DNA of 64,000 bases from an uncultured delta proteobacterium (GTDB lineage Bacteria; Desulfobacterota; Binatia; DP-6): positions 1-64,000 of the forward strand of contig CAWFFN010000005.1 of NCBI GenBank assembly GCA_963815115.1. The letters run 5' to 3'. Made by a program: the position numbers and the translations under genes. The notes below the pieces were generated by a model. The model saw only the letters and a program-made list of their open reading frames with translations. It had not been told where the DNA came from and searched no databases. Of this stretch, positions 42,203 to 51,182 are shown piece by piece (positions within the stretch are counted from its first letter, which is position 1; each line of letters begins with the position of its first letter).

Positions 42203-42231
42203 GATCAACCTCCCATGTCTCGCTCATTGGA

Positions 42232-42247
42232 TGCAACTGCGATGCCA
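42232..42247 (-). promoter_or_regulatory. sigma54 promoter for BON copy 2
   Basis: TGGCATCGCAGTTGCA. Confidence 0.8.
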
Positions 42248-42337
42248 GTTGCGGTATCAGCGGAAACCCGAGAGGATGGCCGCCGAGATTCCGAGTGACA
42301 GAAGAGAGGGTGCGCTCGGTGTTCGCAAGCTCGAGGT

Positions 42338-44194
42338 TCACTGGGACGGCAAGATGACGCTGAAGACCGTCCCGGTCTCGGGGCGGCTGCTCAGAGCGAT
42401 CTCCCCGCCCATGGACTCCGTCGCGAGCTTGCAGAACGGCAAGCCGAGCCCCGTGTCGCAGCTCGACTCGCTGTCGCCTGACCGTCGGATCGAAGCGAAC
42501 TTTTCGAAGACGCGCTGGTGGTCATCCTCGGCGATGCCCCGGCCGTGATCGATCACCCGCAACCTCACCCGGGCCGTGGCCGGGTCGAGCGTCGCTTCCA
42601 CTCGGACTTCATCGCTGCCGCTGTGCCGGAGCGCGTTCACCACCAGGTTGACCAGGACGCGCTTCAAGAGCGCGCGGTCGGCGACGATGCACGGCAGCTC
42701 GGGGCCGACCGCTGCCACGAGCCGGCGGCCCGCCTGCTCTGCAACGGGACCGTACTCCACCACGACCTCGTCGACGATCTCGGCGAGGGCGATCGGGCCC
42801 CGGCTGACCGGCATCTTCCCCTCCTCGACCTCTCTGATCTCGAGCAGGTTCTGGATGAGGCGCATCATCTCGCGGCACGTGCGCTCGATCTGGAGCAGCG
42901 AATTGCGCTGTGTTGTTGGAAGATCCTGGCCCTTGCGCAGCGCGAGCTGGACCAGCATGGTGATGCTGTTCACCGGGTCCTTGAGGTCGTGGACGATCAT
43001 ATTCGAGAGGTCGTCCTTCAGACGCTCGGCCGCCGCGCGGGCGCGCAGGCCCGTCTCGGTCGTCGCACGGGCCTCGCGCTCAACCGCGTAGAGACGGTCA
43101 CGTCTGATCGCCAGGGCGAGGCAATCCGCGACCAGCTGCAGCAGACGGGACTCGTCCTCCGTGAAGCGCCGCGGCTCACGGGTGCCGACATGGAGAACCC
43201 CGAGGGCACGTCCATCGTTCAGGATTGGGACACCGAAGAGTGAGCGAACCCCGGTCTCGAGCAGGACGGGATCGAGAACGTCGGCGGGGGCGACGGCTTC
43301 GAGCATGAGCGGCCGACACTCATCGGCGATTCGCCCGGCGAAGCCCTTCCCGACGGGAATGGCGACCTCGTGCGCCCGGGTTTCATCGAGCCCAACGGCG
43401 GCATGCGTGCGAAGGCTGCCGGCGCGCTCGTCGAGAAGAAGGATCACGGCCGTGTCCACGGCGAGCATCCTGTGAATCCGCCCGAGCAGCTCCGATAGCT
43501 CCTCGTCGAGGGAGAGGTGAGCGAGGCCCACGTCTAGGGCAGGGAGGGCCGCCCGTACGGTTCTCGCCTCACGATTGCGAATTTGGATGACGGCGGCCAG
43601 GCGCTGGGCCGGTGAGATGCCGATCAGCCGTTTCGCATCCGGCAGGCTGACTCTCCCTTCACGGACGAGATCGGCGGCCTCCGGGGCCTCCGCCACGAGT
43701 TTCTTCGCTGTGCTGACATAGCGGCCGTTGACGCGGAGTAAGGATCCAGCCTGGTCTGCTGCTTTGCCGACAGGGTAGGGAATTCTTTCCCTACCCTGTC
43801 GGCCTCGACCCGCAATCTCGCCTCCCCGGCGCATTCGCATCTTGGCCTCTTCGGCAAGCACCTTCTCGAGCTCGACCGCGAGGACCGCGCGCTGGCCCTT
43901 CGTCAGATCGCGGCGCTTGAGGTTCATCGACACCACATAGGCCGTCGGCGAGCCGCTGTTCGCATACTCCGTGTAGGTGGGCTTCACCTTCGCGAGCTTG
44001 CAGGCGATCCAGCGGTTGCGCCCATCGAGGATCGCGCCATCGTGGCGGACGATCGGTGACCGCAAGCCGTGCGCCGCGATGTCGGCAGCGAGGGCGCAGA
44101 GCTCGTCGGGTGCCAGGAGCGGGAAGAGCGCCGTGGCTGCATGGACCGCAGGCAGCTCGGCGGCGAAGCCGGCCGCTCGAGTCTTGTCGTTCAT
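42338..44194 (-). CDS. ParB-like/HTH-GAF-histidine kinase fusion protein
   Basis: LFPLL...DIAAHGLRSPI..ILDGRNR..AC, SMNLKRRDL; HTH-like AGSLLRVNGRYVSTAKK; GAF (GKGFAGRIA, GVLHVG, FTEDE); HDLKDP, NLVVNA, DHGRGI, GLGL. Confidence 0.85.
   Translation of the reverse strand: MNDKTRAAGFAAELPAVHAATALFPLLAPDELCALAADIAAHGLRSPIVRHDGAILDGRNRWIACKLAKVKPTYTEYANSGSPTAYVVSMNLKRRDLTKGQRAVLAVELEKVLAEEAKMRMRRGGEIAGRGRQGRERIPYPVGKAADQAGSLLRVNGRYVSTAKKLVAEAPEAADLVREGRVSLPDAKRLIGISPAQRLAAVIQIRNREARTVRAALPALDVGLAHLSLDEELSELLGRIHRMLAVDTAVILLLDERAGSLRTHAAVGLDETRAHEVAIPVGKGFAGRIADECRPLMLEAVAPADVLDPVLLETGVRSLFGVPILNDGRALGVLHVGTREPRRFTEDESRLLQLVADCLALAIRRDRLYAVEREARATTETGLRARAAAERLKDDLSNMIVHDLKDPVNSITMLVQLALRKGQDLPTTQRNSLLQIERTCREMMRLIQNLLEIREVEEGKMPVSRGPIALAEIVDEVVVEYGPVAEQAGRRLVAAVGPELPCIVADRALLKRVLVNLVVNALRHSGSDEVRVEATLDPATARVRLRVIDHGRGIAEDDHQRVFEKFASIRRSGDSESSCDTGLGLPFCKLATESMGGEIALSSRPETGTVFSVILPSQ
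43766..43803. repeat. Perfect 17-bp inverted repeat inside the ParB-like coding region
   Basis: GCCGACAGGGTAGGGAA-TTCT-TTCCCTACCCTGTCGGC. Confidence 0.95.
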
Positions 44195-44388
44195 GGTCGG
44201 ACCCTCGCTTTCCGCCCTTGCCGCCGGGAGGTGCGGCGAGGCATGCGATTCGGGGCCTCGCAGGGATAGAACAACGCGTCGGCGCGCGTCTATTGCCCCA
44301 ATGGGTTATACGTGGGCGGCGTCCTGCGCTCGCCCCCGTGGACAAGTGCCAACCGGTGCTCTTGGCTCGAGCTCGCTCCTTTGCGTGT

Positions 44389-45006
44389 TCACCGGGACGG
44401 GCGCGTGGGACCCGTCAGCAAGATCCGCACGAGATCGGCCTGGCACTCCGCACCTAGCTTCGCGAGGACACGCTTCATATGCGCGCGCGCCGTGTGGCGA
44501 CTGGTTCGGCGCCGCTTCGCGATCTCATCGATCCGGCCGCCCTGGAGGCTGAGGAGTGCCACCTGCGTCTCTGCCTCGGTCAGGCCGTATGCGCGAAGCA
44601 CCTCCCGCCATGTCTGCATAGGGTGTCCGGGATCCGTGATGAGGAGAAGCGCTGTGGGCGATTCGCTCGCCCCGACGACATCCCAGGGGCGCAGCGGTGC
44701 CACGAACAGATGGAAGGCGGGGCAACCCGACGGGCGGGAGACACGCAAGGCACGGCCAGTGACCTCCGCGGCCCTCTCCGCGCGCCGGCAAACCTCGTGA
44801 ACGACGTCGTGCAACTTGGCTGATTCGGCCGGCTTGGCGGCGACGACGCGGCCCTGCTGGAGCGACAAGCCGTCTCGGGCATCAAGCGTGTCTCTCGCGA
44901 GCGTGTTCTGCGCGAGGACCTTGCCGCTGGCGTCGAGTATGAGCACGCCCATCGGCAGCCGGTGATCGAGCAGACCGAGTTGGATGTCGCGACTTCGGCC
45001 CGCCAT
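44389..45006 (-). CDS. PAS-like plus LuxR-type HTH transcriptional regulator
   Basis: GVLILDASGKVLAQN; YGLTEAETQVA...EIA...HMKRVLAKLG..QADLVR. Confidence 0.82.
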   Translation of the reverse strand: MAGRSRDIQLGLLDHRLPMGVLILDASGKVLAQNTLARDTLDARDGLSLQQGRVVAAKPAESAKLHDVVHEVCRRAERAAEVTGRALRVSRPSGCPAFHLFVAPLRPWDVVGASESPTALLLITDPGHPMQTWREVLRAYGLTEAETQVALLSLQGGRIDEIAKRRRTSRHTARAHMKRVLAKLGAECQADLVRILLTGPTRPSR

Positions 45007-45099
45007 CGTAGACCGCTCCAGACCAAGGAGCTTGATAGGACGACCCGATGTTTAGTCCGCTTTGATGGCATCGTCCAGCGAGGGACCGCGGCTATGTGG

Positions 45100-45804
45100 C
45101 GACTATCTCCGTGCGTTCGACGCCGCCATGCGGCACTACCACATCACCGTGCACGACCGTGAACTCGCGTGCGCGCCCTTCCGCTCGGCCGAGGGCCAGG
45201 CCTACTTCGCCGCGATGAACGCCCGCCGCGAACACGGCCTTCGCGAATCGCCAGGTCATCACGCACCGCGTGCGCGAGGCGATGGGCGCAGTGTTCGGGA
45301 AGGAGCCGCGAGCTGGGGCTCTCGGTGATCTACGATGTCTGCCACAATACGGCCAAGCTCGAGCAGCATCGGGTCGACGGCGAGGTGCTCGACCTGGTGG
45401 TGCACCGCAAGGGAGCGACGCGCGCCTTCGGTCCGGGCATGCCCGACGTGCCGACCATCTACCGCGAAGTCGGCCAGCCGGTGATCATCGGCGGCTCGAT
45501 GGAGACGGGGTCCGCCCTCCTGATCGGGACCGCGCACGCGATGGAGGAGACGTTCGGCTCGACGGCGCACGGCGCCGGGCGGACGATGTCGCGCCACCAG
45601 GCGAAGCGCCGGGTGTGGGGCGCGAAGCTCCTCGAGGACATGGAGGCACGTGGCATCGTGGTGCGCGCGGCATCGAAGTCCGGCGTCGCCGAGGAAGCGG
45701 GCTTTGCCTACAAGGACCTCGCGGCGGTAGTCGACATGCTGGACCGCATCGGCATCTCGCGCAAGGTGGTGTCCTTGACGCCGATCGGGAACATCAAGGG
45801 ATAG
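45100..45804 (+). pseudogene. rtcB: RtcB RNA ligase, 3' half with frameshifts
   Basis: DRELACAP, YDVCHNTAK, HRKGATRA, GGSM, HGAGR, EEAGFAYKD, PIGNIKG. Confidence 0.92.
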
Positions 45805-45805
45805 G

Positions 45806-45940
45806 ATGAAGAACTTCGAGGTCGCGCGGCTCTTCGACCTCATGGCCGACGTGCTCGAACTGCGCGGCGCGAACGTGTTTCGGATCCGCGCCTACCGTCG
45901 GGCAGCGCAGAACGTCGAGTCGCTCACGGAGGACGTGGAG
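45806..45940 (+). pseudogene. polX: DNA polymerase X, 5' fragment
   Basis: MKNFEVARLFDLMADVLELRGANVFRIRAYRRAA. Confidence 0.85.
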
Positions 45941-45960
45941 GGGCGCGCCGGACCACGGCG

Positions 45961-46014
45961 CGGCTCTCCGGACAGACGTTCGTCCTGACCGGTACGCTCA
46001 GCGGGCTGACGCGC
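45961..46014 (+). pseudogene. BRCT fragment of NAD-dependent DNA ligase
   Basis: LSGQTFVLTGTLSGLTR, the start of a LigA BRCT domain; only 17 codons. Confidence 0.6.
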
Positions 46015-46017
46015 GCT

Positions 46018-46497
46018 GGGCTCTGGCCGATCCTGATCGGTTGGTTCCTCCAGACGGCGGCCTCGGCGAGCCTCGCGCAGTCACATCTTGGCGGCCTGTT
46101 GCGGGGCGTGACGGTGGAGCAAGTGATGGCGCGTGACTGTGCTCGCGTGCCGCGCGCGCTGCCGCTGGATCGCCTCGTCGAGGAGGAAGTGCTCGCGCGA
46201 GGGCACCGTTGCTTCTTCGTGGCGAGCGACGGGCATCTGGAGGGGCTTCTGACCCTGCATGAGGTGAGGGCGGTGCCGCGGGTATGCTGGGCCAAAGTCA
46301 CTGCGGGAGAGGTGATGCGAGCGAGTGCGGACGTGATCGCGGTGCGACCGGAGGACGACCTGCTCGCGGCAATGCAGCGCATGGATGATGCGGGCGTGGG
46401 ACAGCTCCCCGTCGTGTCGCGGGGCACGCTCGTCGGAATGGTGAGCCGCGAGCAGCTTCTCCGCTACCTGCGCGCCCGAACGGAGCTCGGAACGTGA
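46018..46497 (+). pseudogene. 3' remnant (last TM plus CBS pair) of a site-2 protease
   Basis: GLWPILIGWFLQTAA followed by two CBS motifs; protease domain missing. Confidence 0.8.
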
Positions 46498-46565
46498 TCG
46501 ACGCGTGCCAGGCTCATCGTCCCCTTGGCCGGGGAAGAGGCGTGATGAGGTGGCTCGGTACTCGT

Positions 46566-46979
46566 TCAGATGCCGAGGGCCGTGGCCGCTCGCTCGTAGT
46601 CGTCCGGCCTGACGTAGATGACGTAACCGAAGCTTCCTCGCCCATCGGCCACGCCGCTGGACGCGAAGATGTTGACGTTGGCCTCGTAGACCTTCGCGTG
46701 GATCCGAGCCAGGGCGCCCAGCTCGTCGTCACCCTGTACCAGGAGCGCGGGGTGCGGCCCGTCCAGGACGAGCCCCGCCTTGCGTGCGGCATTCGCCATG
46801 CTGAGCGGATCCTCAGGAAAGATCGTCAGCTGGGCGTGCCGGGGACCCACAGGGACCGCGGTGAAGGCGACCAGGTTGAGCCCTAGGTTCTCCAGCTGGG
46901 AGAGCAGCTTGTATGCCTCCCCCGGCCGATCGTGCACGGTGGTGGTGAAGTACTCGACTCTCCGGATCCTGAACGCCAT
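46566..46979 (-). CDS. Tandem ACT-like domain protein
   Basis: HDRPGEAYKLL..LGLNL and GDDELGALARI..ANVNI; AAGGAGG RBS. Confidence 0.75.
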   Translation of the reverse strand: MAFRIRRVEYFTTTVHDRPGEAYKLLSQLENLGLNLVAFTAVPVGPRHAQLTIFPEDPLSMANAARKAGLVLDGPHPALLVQGDDELGALARIHAKVYEANVNIFASSGVADGRGSFGYVIYVRPDDYERAATALGI

Positions 46980-46995
46980 GACCCCTCCTTGAGCG

Positions 46996-47544
46996 TCATA
47001 TCCATGCCTCCTTCAGGCCGAGTGCCCATCCGGTTGCCGTCACCGCGATGCTGCCGGCGAGCACGATGGGGAGGCACGCGAGCGTCGGGAGGACGGGCAG
47101 CACATGCACTGCCGATACGAACAGGTACGCGCCAGCGAAGAAGTCGAGCTGATCGAAGAACGGCCAGCTCGCGCCCGGCACGATGCCGACGCGGCGCTTG
47201 AAGAACGACTTGACCGCATCGCCGACACCGGTCCCGAGGCCCATGAGGAATCCCGGGAGCACCGGATCGTCGGCATAATCGAGGAGCGCAAGACCGGTAG
47301 CGAATCCCGCCGCATGGAGGAGTCGTTGCAGCTCGTAGGTTGCGGTCCCGACGACGATCCCCACGAAGAGCCCACGCCAGGTCTTGTGGTCACCGAGGAT
47401 CCGCTTGCCGCGGAACGAACGCCCGCCGTCGATCGGTGCGGCGAGGCGCTGGAACCAGCCCTGCACGAGCACCGGGCTCATGTTGGCGAGGTAGGCCGGG
47501 ACGAAGAACCACAGCATTTGCAGCACCTCGTGCGCACGGATCAT
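46996..47544 (-). CDS. CDP-archaeol synthase (CarS/DUF46)-like cytidylyltransferase
   Basis: PAYLANMSPV, PIDGG, GDHKTWRG, GDAVKSFFKRR, WPFFDQLDF, LGLK..W. Confidence 0.85.
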   Translation of the reverse strand: MIRAHEVLQMLWFFVPAYLANMSPVLVQGWFQRLAAPIDGGRSFRGKRILGDHKTWRGLFVGIVVGTATYELQRLLHAAGFATGLALLDYADDPVLPGFLMGLGTGVGDAVKSFFKRRVGIVPGASWPFFDQLDFFAGAYLFVSAVHVLPVLPTLACLPIVLAGSIAVTATGWALGLKEAWI

Positions 47545-47810
47545 TGGCGCGGCTCCCCGGTCGCCGGGTCGCAGACGGCGCGCAGCTCGGAAGGTTGCAC
47601 CGACCGCGCCACTACCCCAGCGGCTCGGGGACCGCCCGCGTCCACGAGGTCGACCCACGCATTCCATGCGCTCCGGCTCGGTGGCGAAGTACGGCAGAAG
47701 AGCTGCTTGTAGGACATGCTCGACTCGAACGGTTGCGCGGGACTGGCGGCCGCGGCAGTGCCCGGGAGGTGGCGGGGCGGGCGGCTTTCTGTTCCCGCCT
47801 CCCTGAGCAA

Positions 47811-48293
47811 TCAGGCGGCGACGGAGAGCTCGCGGTGCTCGCGCGGCATGCAGATCGCCCCGAGTGTCTCGGCGACCTCGTCGCTGCCGACCTCGGGCTT
47901 CCCCGACGCCCCCCGCTCCCGAGCGACCTCCCGCGCGATGTCGTTGAGCGACAGGAGACCGATGACGTGGTTCGCCGGGTCGACCACCGGCAGCCGCCGC
48001 ACTTGCGCGGCGCGCATGATGCTCTCCGCCTCCGCGACCGTGTCCGTCGGGCGGCACGAGCGCACCTCGCGCGCCATGGCGCTCCCCACGCACAGGTGAC
48101 TCAGTAGCCCGCCCTGGGTGTAGGTCGCCATGCAGACATCGCGATCGGTGATCATCCCCACGGCTCGTCCGTCGTCGTCTACGACGGGGACGCAGCCGCA
48201 GTCGTTCTCCCACATCAGCTGCGCGGCGTGGTTGAGGGTGTCGCTCGACAGGCAGGTCTTGACGGTCCGACTCATCACTTGCTCGACTTTCAT
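47811..48293 (-). CDS. CBS-domain protein (copy 2 of 15957-16439)
   Basis: MWENDCGCVPVV, GMITDRD. Confidence 0.92.
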   Translation of the reverse strand: MKVEQVMSRTVKTCLSSDTLNHAAQLMWENDCGCVPVVDDDGRAVGMITDRDVCMATYTQGGLLSHLCVGSAMAREVRSCRPTDTVAEAESIMRAAQVRRLPVVDPANHVIGLLSLNDIAREVARERGASGKPEVGSDEVAETLGAICMPREHRELSVAA

Positions 48294-48321
48294 GACTCCC
48301 TCCTCGAAACGAGATGCACCC

Positions 48322-48759
48322 TCAACGCACGGAGACGTCGACGCGGCGCGCCTTCGCCTGCGCGGCCTTGGGCAGCGTGATCTTGAGGATTCCCTCCTTG
48401 AGCTCCGCGCTCGCCTTGGCCGGGTCCACGTCGGCGGGCAGCGGCATGGTGCGCTGGAAGGCGCCGTAGCGGATCTCCTGGCGGTAGTAGCTCTTCTTCT
48501 TCTCCTCGGTCTCCTTGCGCGTCTCGCCCCGCACGGGGACCTCGTCCTCGCTGACCGAGACGTGGAGCTGTTCTTTCTCCACGCCCGGCACCTCCAGCTT
48601 CACGATCACGTCACCGTCCGACTCCACGACCTCTGCGGCGGGCTCGAGCGGGCCGACGCTGGTCTCTGGCGTGGCGAAGAACTCGCGGAAGAGATCCTCG
48701 AACAGGTCATCGCGGCGAGCGAGCGAGCGCATCGGTCGCCACCTGGTAAGAGCTCTCAT
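48322..48759 (-). CDS. Hsp20 (copy 2)
   Basis: EIRYGAFQRT, GILKITLPK. Confidence 0.95.
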   Translation of the reverse strand: MRALTRWRPMRSLARRDDLFEDLFREFFATPETSVGPLEPAAEVVESDGDVIVKLEVPGVEKEQLHVSVSEDEVPVRGETRKETEEKKKSYYRQEIRYGAFQRTMPLPADVDPAKASAELKEGILKITLPKAAQAKARRVDVSVR

Positions 48760-48801
48760 GATGCCTCCCTCCTTGGGGCTGACTTCTCGAGTGTCAGTGC
48801 T

Positions 48802-48894
48802 CGCAAACTTCAGGCCAGGTCCTTAGGGCGATACCTGCGTGGACTATTCTCGGATACGCCAACACCAACGTGCTTGAGATTCTCAGCCTCGGGC
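48802..48894 (-). promoter_or_regulatory. sigma54 promoter plus tandem activator-like sites for hsp20 copy 2
   Basis: TGGCCTGAAGTTTGCG at 48802-48817; TCTCG-N4-CGCCA at 48848 and TCTCA-N4-CGGGC at 48881. Confidence 0.65.
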
Positions 48895-48907
48895 ACCCAG
48901 GTGCCCC

Positions 48908-49657
48908 TCAGGTTCTGACCTCAGCGAAGTGACGCAGCACCACCCTCAAGCCGTCATGTGCGAGCGTCGCTTCCACTCCGCGCTCGTGACCCATCGCACG
49001 GATCCTGCTCGCTACCGTCTCATCGTCGTCCCCGACGATCTGCGTACCGCAATGGGTGAAAATCGCGCGCGGGACGCCTGCGGTGCGGCACCAATCGAGC
49101 TGTGTGCGGATGGAGGCATGCCCGAAGGGCTCGCCGCCGGCCCAGCGGACGATCGGACGGACGAGGCTCGCGCCATCGCCAACATAGAGGCGGAGTCCGG
49201 TGAGCGCCGCGGTGCGCGCCGGAATCGAAACGAGGTCGGGGACGTAGAAGATGGCAACACCATCCACCCCGATCCGGTAGCCTACCGAAGGGGCACGGAG
49301 CGAGTGCTTCACCGGAAACGCCTCGAACGTGATGCCGGCGATGACCACCGGCGAACGGCGAGGAATCACCCGTCGGCGCCGCAATGGGATAGCGAATCGC
49401 TGCATGCCATCCCACCCCTCCGCGGTGGCATGAACCGGGCAGGGAGCGCCCTGCTTGAGACCCGAGGCATGGTCCGGGTGGGCGTGCGTGATAACGACCG
49501 CGCTCGGGCGCAGGTCTTCGAGCCGCCCGAGCCAGTCTTCGCCGCAGTCGACTATCACGCGCCGTCCGCCGTGCAGCACGAGCAGAGCCGAATGCATGGC
49601 ATGCCGTGACGAGTGGGCGACGATGCACCCGCGCGTTCCGAGGAAGACGAGCGTCAC
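48908..49657 (-). CDS. MBL-fold metallo-hydrolase
   Basis: FLGTRG, VDCG, THAHPDH, GH, FTH; GTG start overlaps the upstream stop. Confidence 0.88.
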   Translation of the reverse strand: MTLVFLGTRGCIVAHSSRHAMHSALLVLHGGRRVIVDCGEDWLGRLEDLRPSAVVITHAHPDHASGLKQGAPCPVHATAEGWDGMQRFAIPLRRRRVIPRRSPVVIAGITFEAFPVKHSLRAPSVGYRIGVDGVAIFYVPDLVSIPARTAALTGLRLYVGDGASLVRPIVRWAGGEPFGHASIRTQLDWCRTAGVPRAIFTHCGTQIVGDDDETVASRIRAMGHERGVEATLAHDGLRVVLRHFAEVRT

Positions 49658-49947
49658 TCGGGAATGAGGGCCTTGAACCGCTCCCAGGGCAGAGCTGTCC
49701 ACGTCTCCGTCGAAGCGTGGCCGAACGAGCGCAGGATCATGACGACCCGTGCAGCCACCGTCTCGTCGGGCGCCTCGAAGATGTCGAGGTAGTCATACGG
49801 GCCGAGGATGGCGTAGTTTCCGGACCACTTCACCCCGGGACACTCGTGGCGGATGCGCTCGCTGACGGCCTTCTCGAGCTTCTTCAGCTCACGCGGAGAC
49901 TTCACGCTCTCGGGGCTGAGCCGAGTGAGGGTGACATATGTCGGCAT
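49654..49947 (-). CDS. GYD-domain protein
   Basis: ILGPYDYLDIFEAPD, GHASTETWTA. Confidence 0.88.
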   Translation of the reverse strand: MPTYVTLTRLSPESVKSPRELKKLEKAVSERIRHECPGVKWSGNYAILGPYDYLDIFEAPDETVAARVVMILRSFGHASTETWTALPWERFKALIPE

Positions 49948-50045
49948 GCGACACCTCCCGGACGTTTATATGAACGCTGCCCTTGATGCGCCTCTCCAAA
50001 AAGCCGGCCTGCAAGGGATGGATATGGAACCTGGAGGCGCGTTCG

Positions 50046-50513
50046 CTAGCCTCCCGCTCGCACCAGAGCATAGTCGTCGACCGTGGGCCGCACCAATCGA
50101 GCGAAGTCAGCGTACTTCATCCGGACCGTCTGCGTGTGCGTGCCCGCCTGAAACACGATCTCCTCGCGGCGCCCGAGGGTGTGGTCGACATAGACCGGAA
50201 GGCCGAAAAGGTTGCCGCAGGGTGGCATCGCGCCCGGTTCGCAGTGCGGGAAGATCCGGGCGAAGTCGGCCTCGGTGGCGAGCCGAGCTCTGCGCTCCGG
50301 CAGCTTCTGGAGGTCGACTCTGTCGGGTGCAGGGAGCACCACCATCAGAAAACGGCCAGGGGCCTTCACCATCACGACCTTGGTGAGTTCCTGCGCCGCT
50401 ACATGCTGGACTGCCGCAACCCCCTCAGCCGTGAAGGCGAGCGAATGGCTGAGAACAGTATAGGCGACACCGTTGTCGTCGAGGAATTCCTTGAGCTTGG
50501 CGAGGATCGGCAT
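50046..50513 (-). CDS. YbaK/EbsC-family aminoacyl-tRNA editing protein
   Basis: LKEFLDDNGVAY, KVVMVK, CEPGAMPPCGNL, FQAGTH. Confidence 0.9.
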   Translation of the reverse strand: MPILAKLKEFLDDNGVAYTVLSHSLAFTAEGVAAVQHVAAQELTKVVMVKAPGRFLMVVLPAPDRVDLQKLPERRARLATEADFARIFPHCEPGAMPPCGNLFGLPVYVDHTLGRREEIVFQAGTHTQTVRMKYADFARLVRPTVDDYALVRAGG

Positions 50514-50522
50514 GCCGACCTC

Positions 50523-50538
50523 AGCGAAGCCCGTGCCA
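50523..50538 (-). promoter_or_regulatory. sigma54 promoter
   Basis: TGGCACGGGCTTCGCT. Confidence 0.65.
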
Positions 50539-50558
50539 GGCATGCGCCGTGCGGGGCA

Positions 50559-51090
50559 TCAGGTCGCATGCGCTCGCCCACGGGGAAGACGCGGCTCGCC
50601 TGCGGGCCACGCTTGCCGCGCTCGATCTCGAGTTCCACGGGCAGGCCCGCTTGCAGAGAGGTGAAGTCGAGCTCGTGGAGGGCGTTGCGGTGGAATAGAC
50701 TTCCTCTCCCCCATCGGTGACGATGAAGCCGTAGCCCCGGTCCCTGAAGATGCGCGCGATCGTGCCCGACGGGCGCGGCCCGGGGGGCTTGCCGAAGTGG
50801 TGGCGCTCCTCGTGGTGTGCGACCAGCTCGCGCTCGAGCACGTCGAGCGCAGCATGCAGCGCGTCGCGCATCTCCTCCTCCTGCTTCGCGGCGCGCAACG
50901 TGGCGCCTGGGCACGTCGCGACGATATCGACCTGCTCCGCGCCGTGTAGGTGGTGAGGCCCGTGCTTCAGCGTCACGTGGACCCGGATCAGCTTGGGATA
51001 GCGCTCCAGGAGCCGCGACAGCCGTTCGTCAATGAGGGCGCGCCATTCGGGCTGCAGGTCCACATGCTGGGTTTGGATCTCGATGTCCAT
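50559..51090 (-). pseudogene. HPF/RaiA-cold-shock domain fusion, frameshift near 50695
   Basis: HPF-like N-terminal domain then RGYGFI...FHRNAL...GPQASRV. Confidence 0.85.
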
Positions 51091-51103
51091 GTTCCCTCTT
51101 CGC

Positions 51104-51119
51104 TGCAACCCCCGTACCG
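51104..51119 (-). promoter_or_regulatory. sigma54 promoter
   Basis: CGGTACGGGGGTTGCA. Confidence 0.6.
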
Positions 51120-51182
51120 CCGCGCAGCGGGACGTGGCGCCCTCCCGTGGGAGCCGTCGAGCGACAGCACGGCAGCCGGCGG

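Noticed and set aside
47541-47717. Short ORF overlapping the carS-like start
   Set aside because: No recognisable motif; cannot be distinguished from chance
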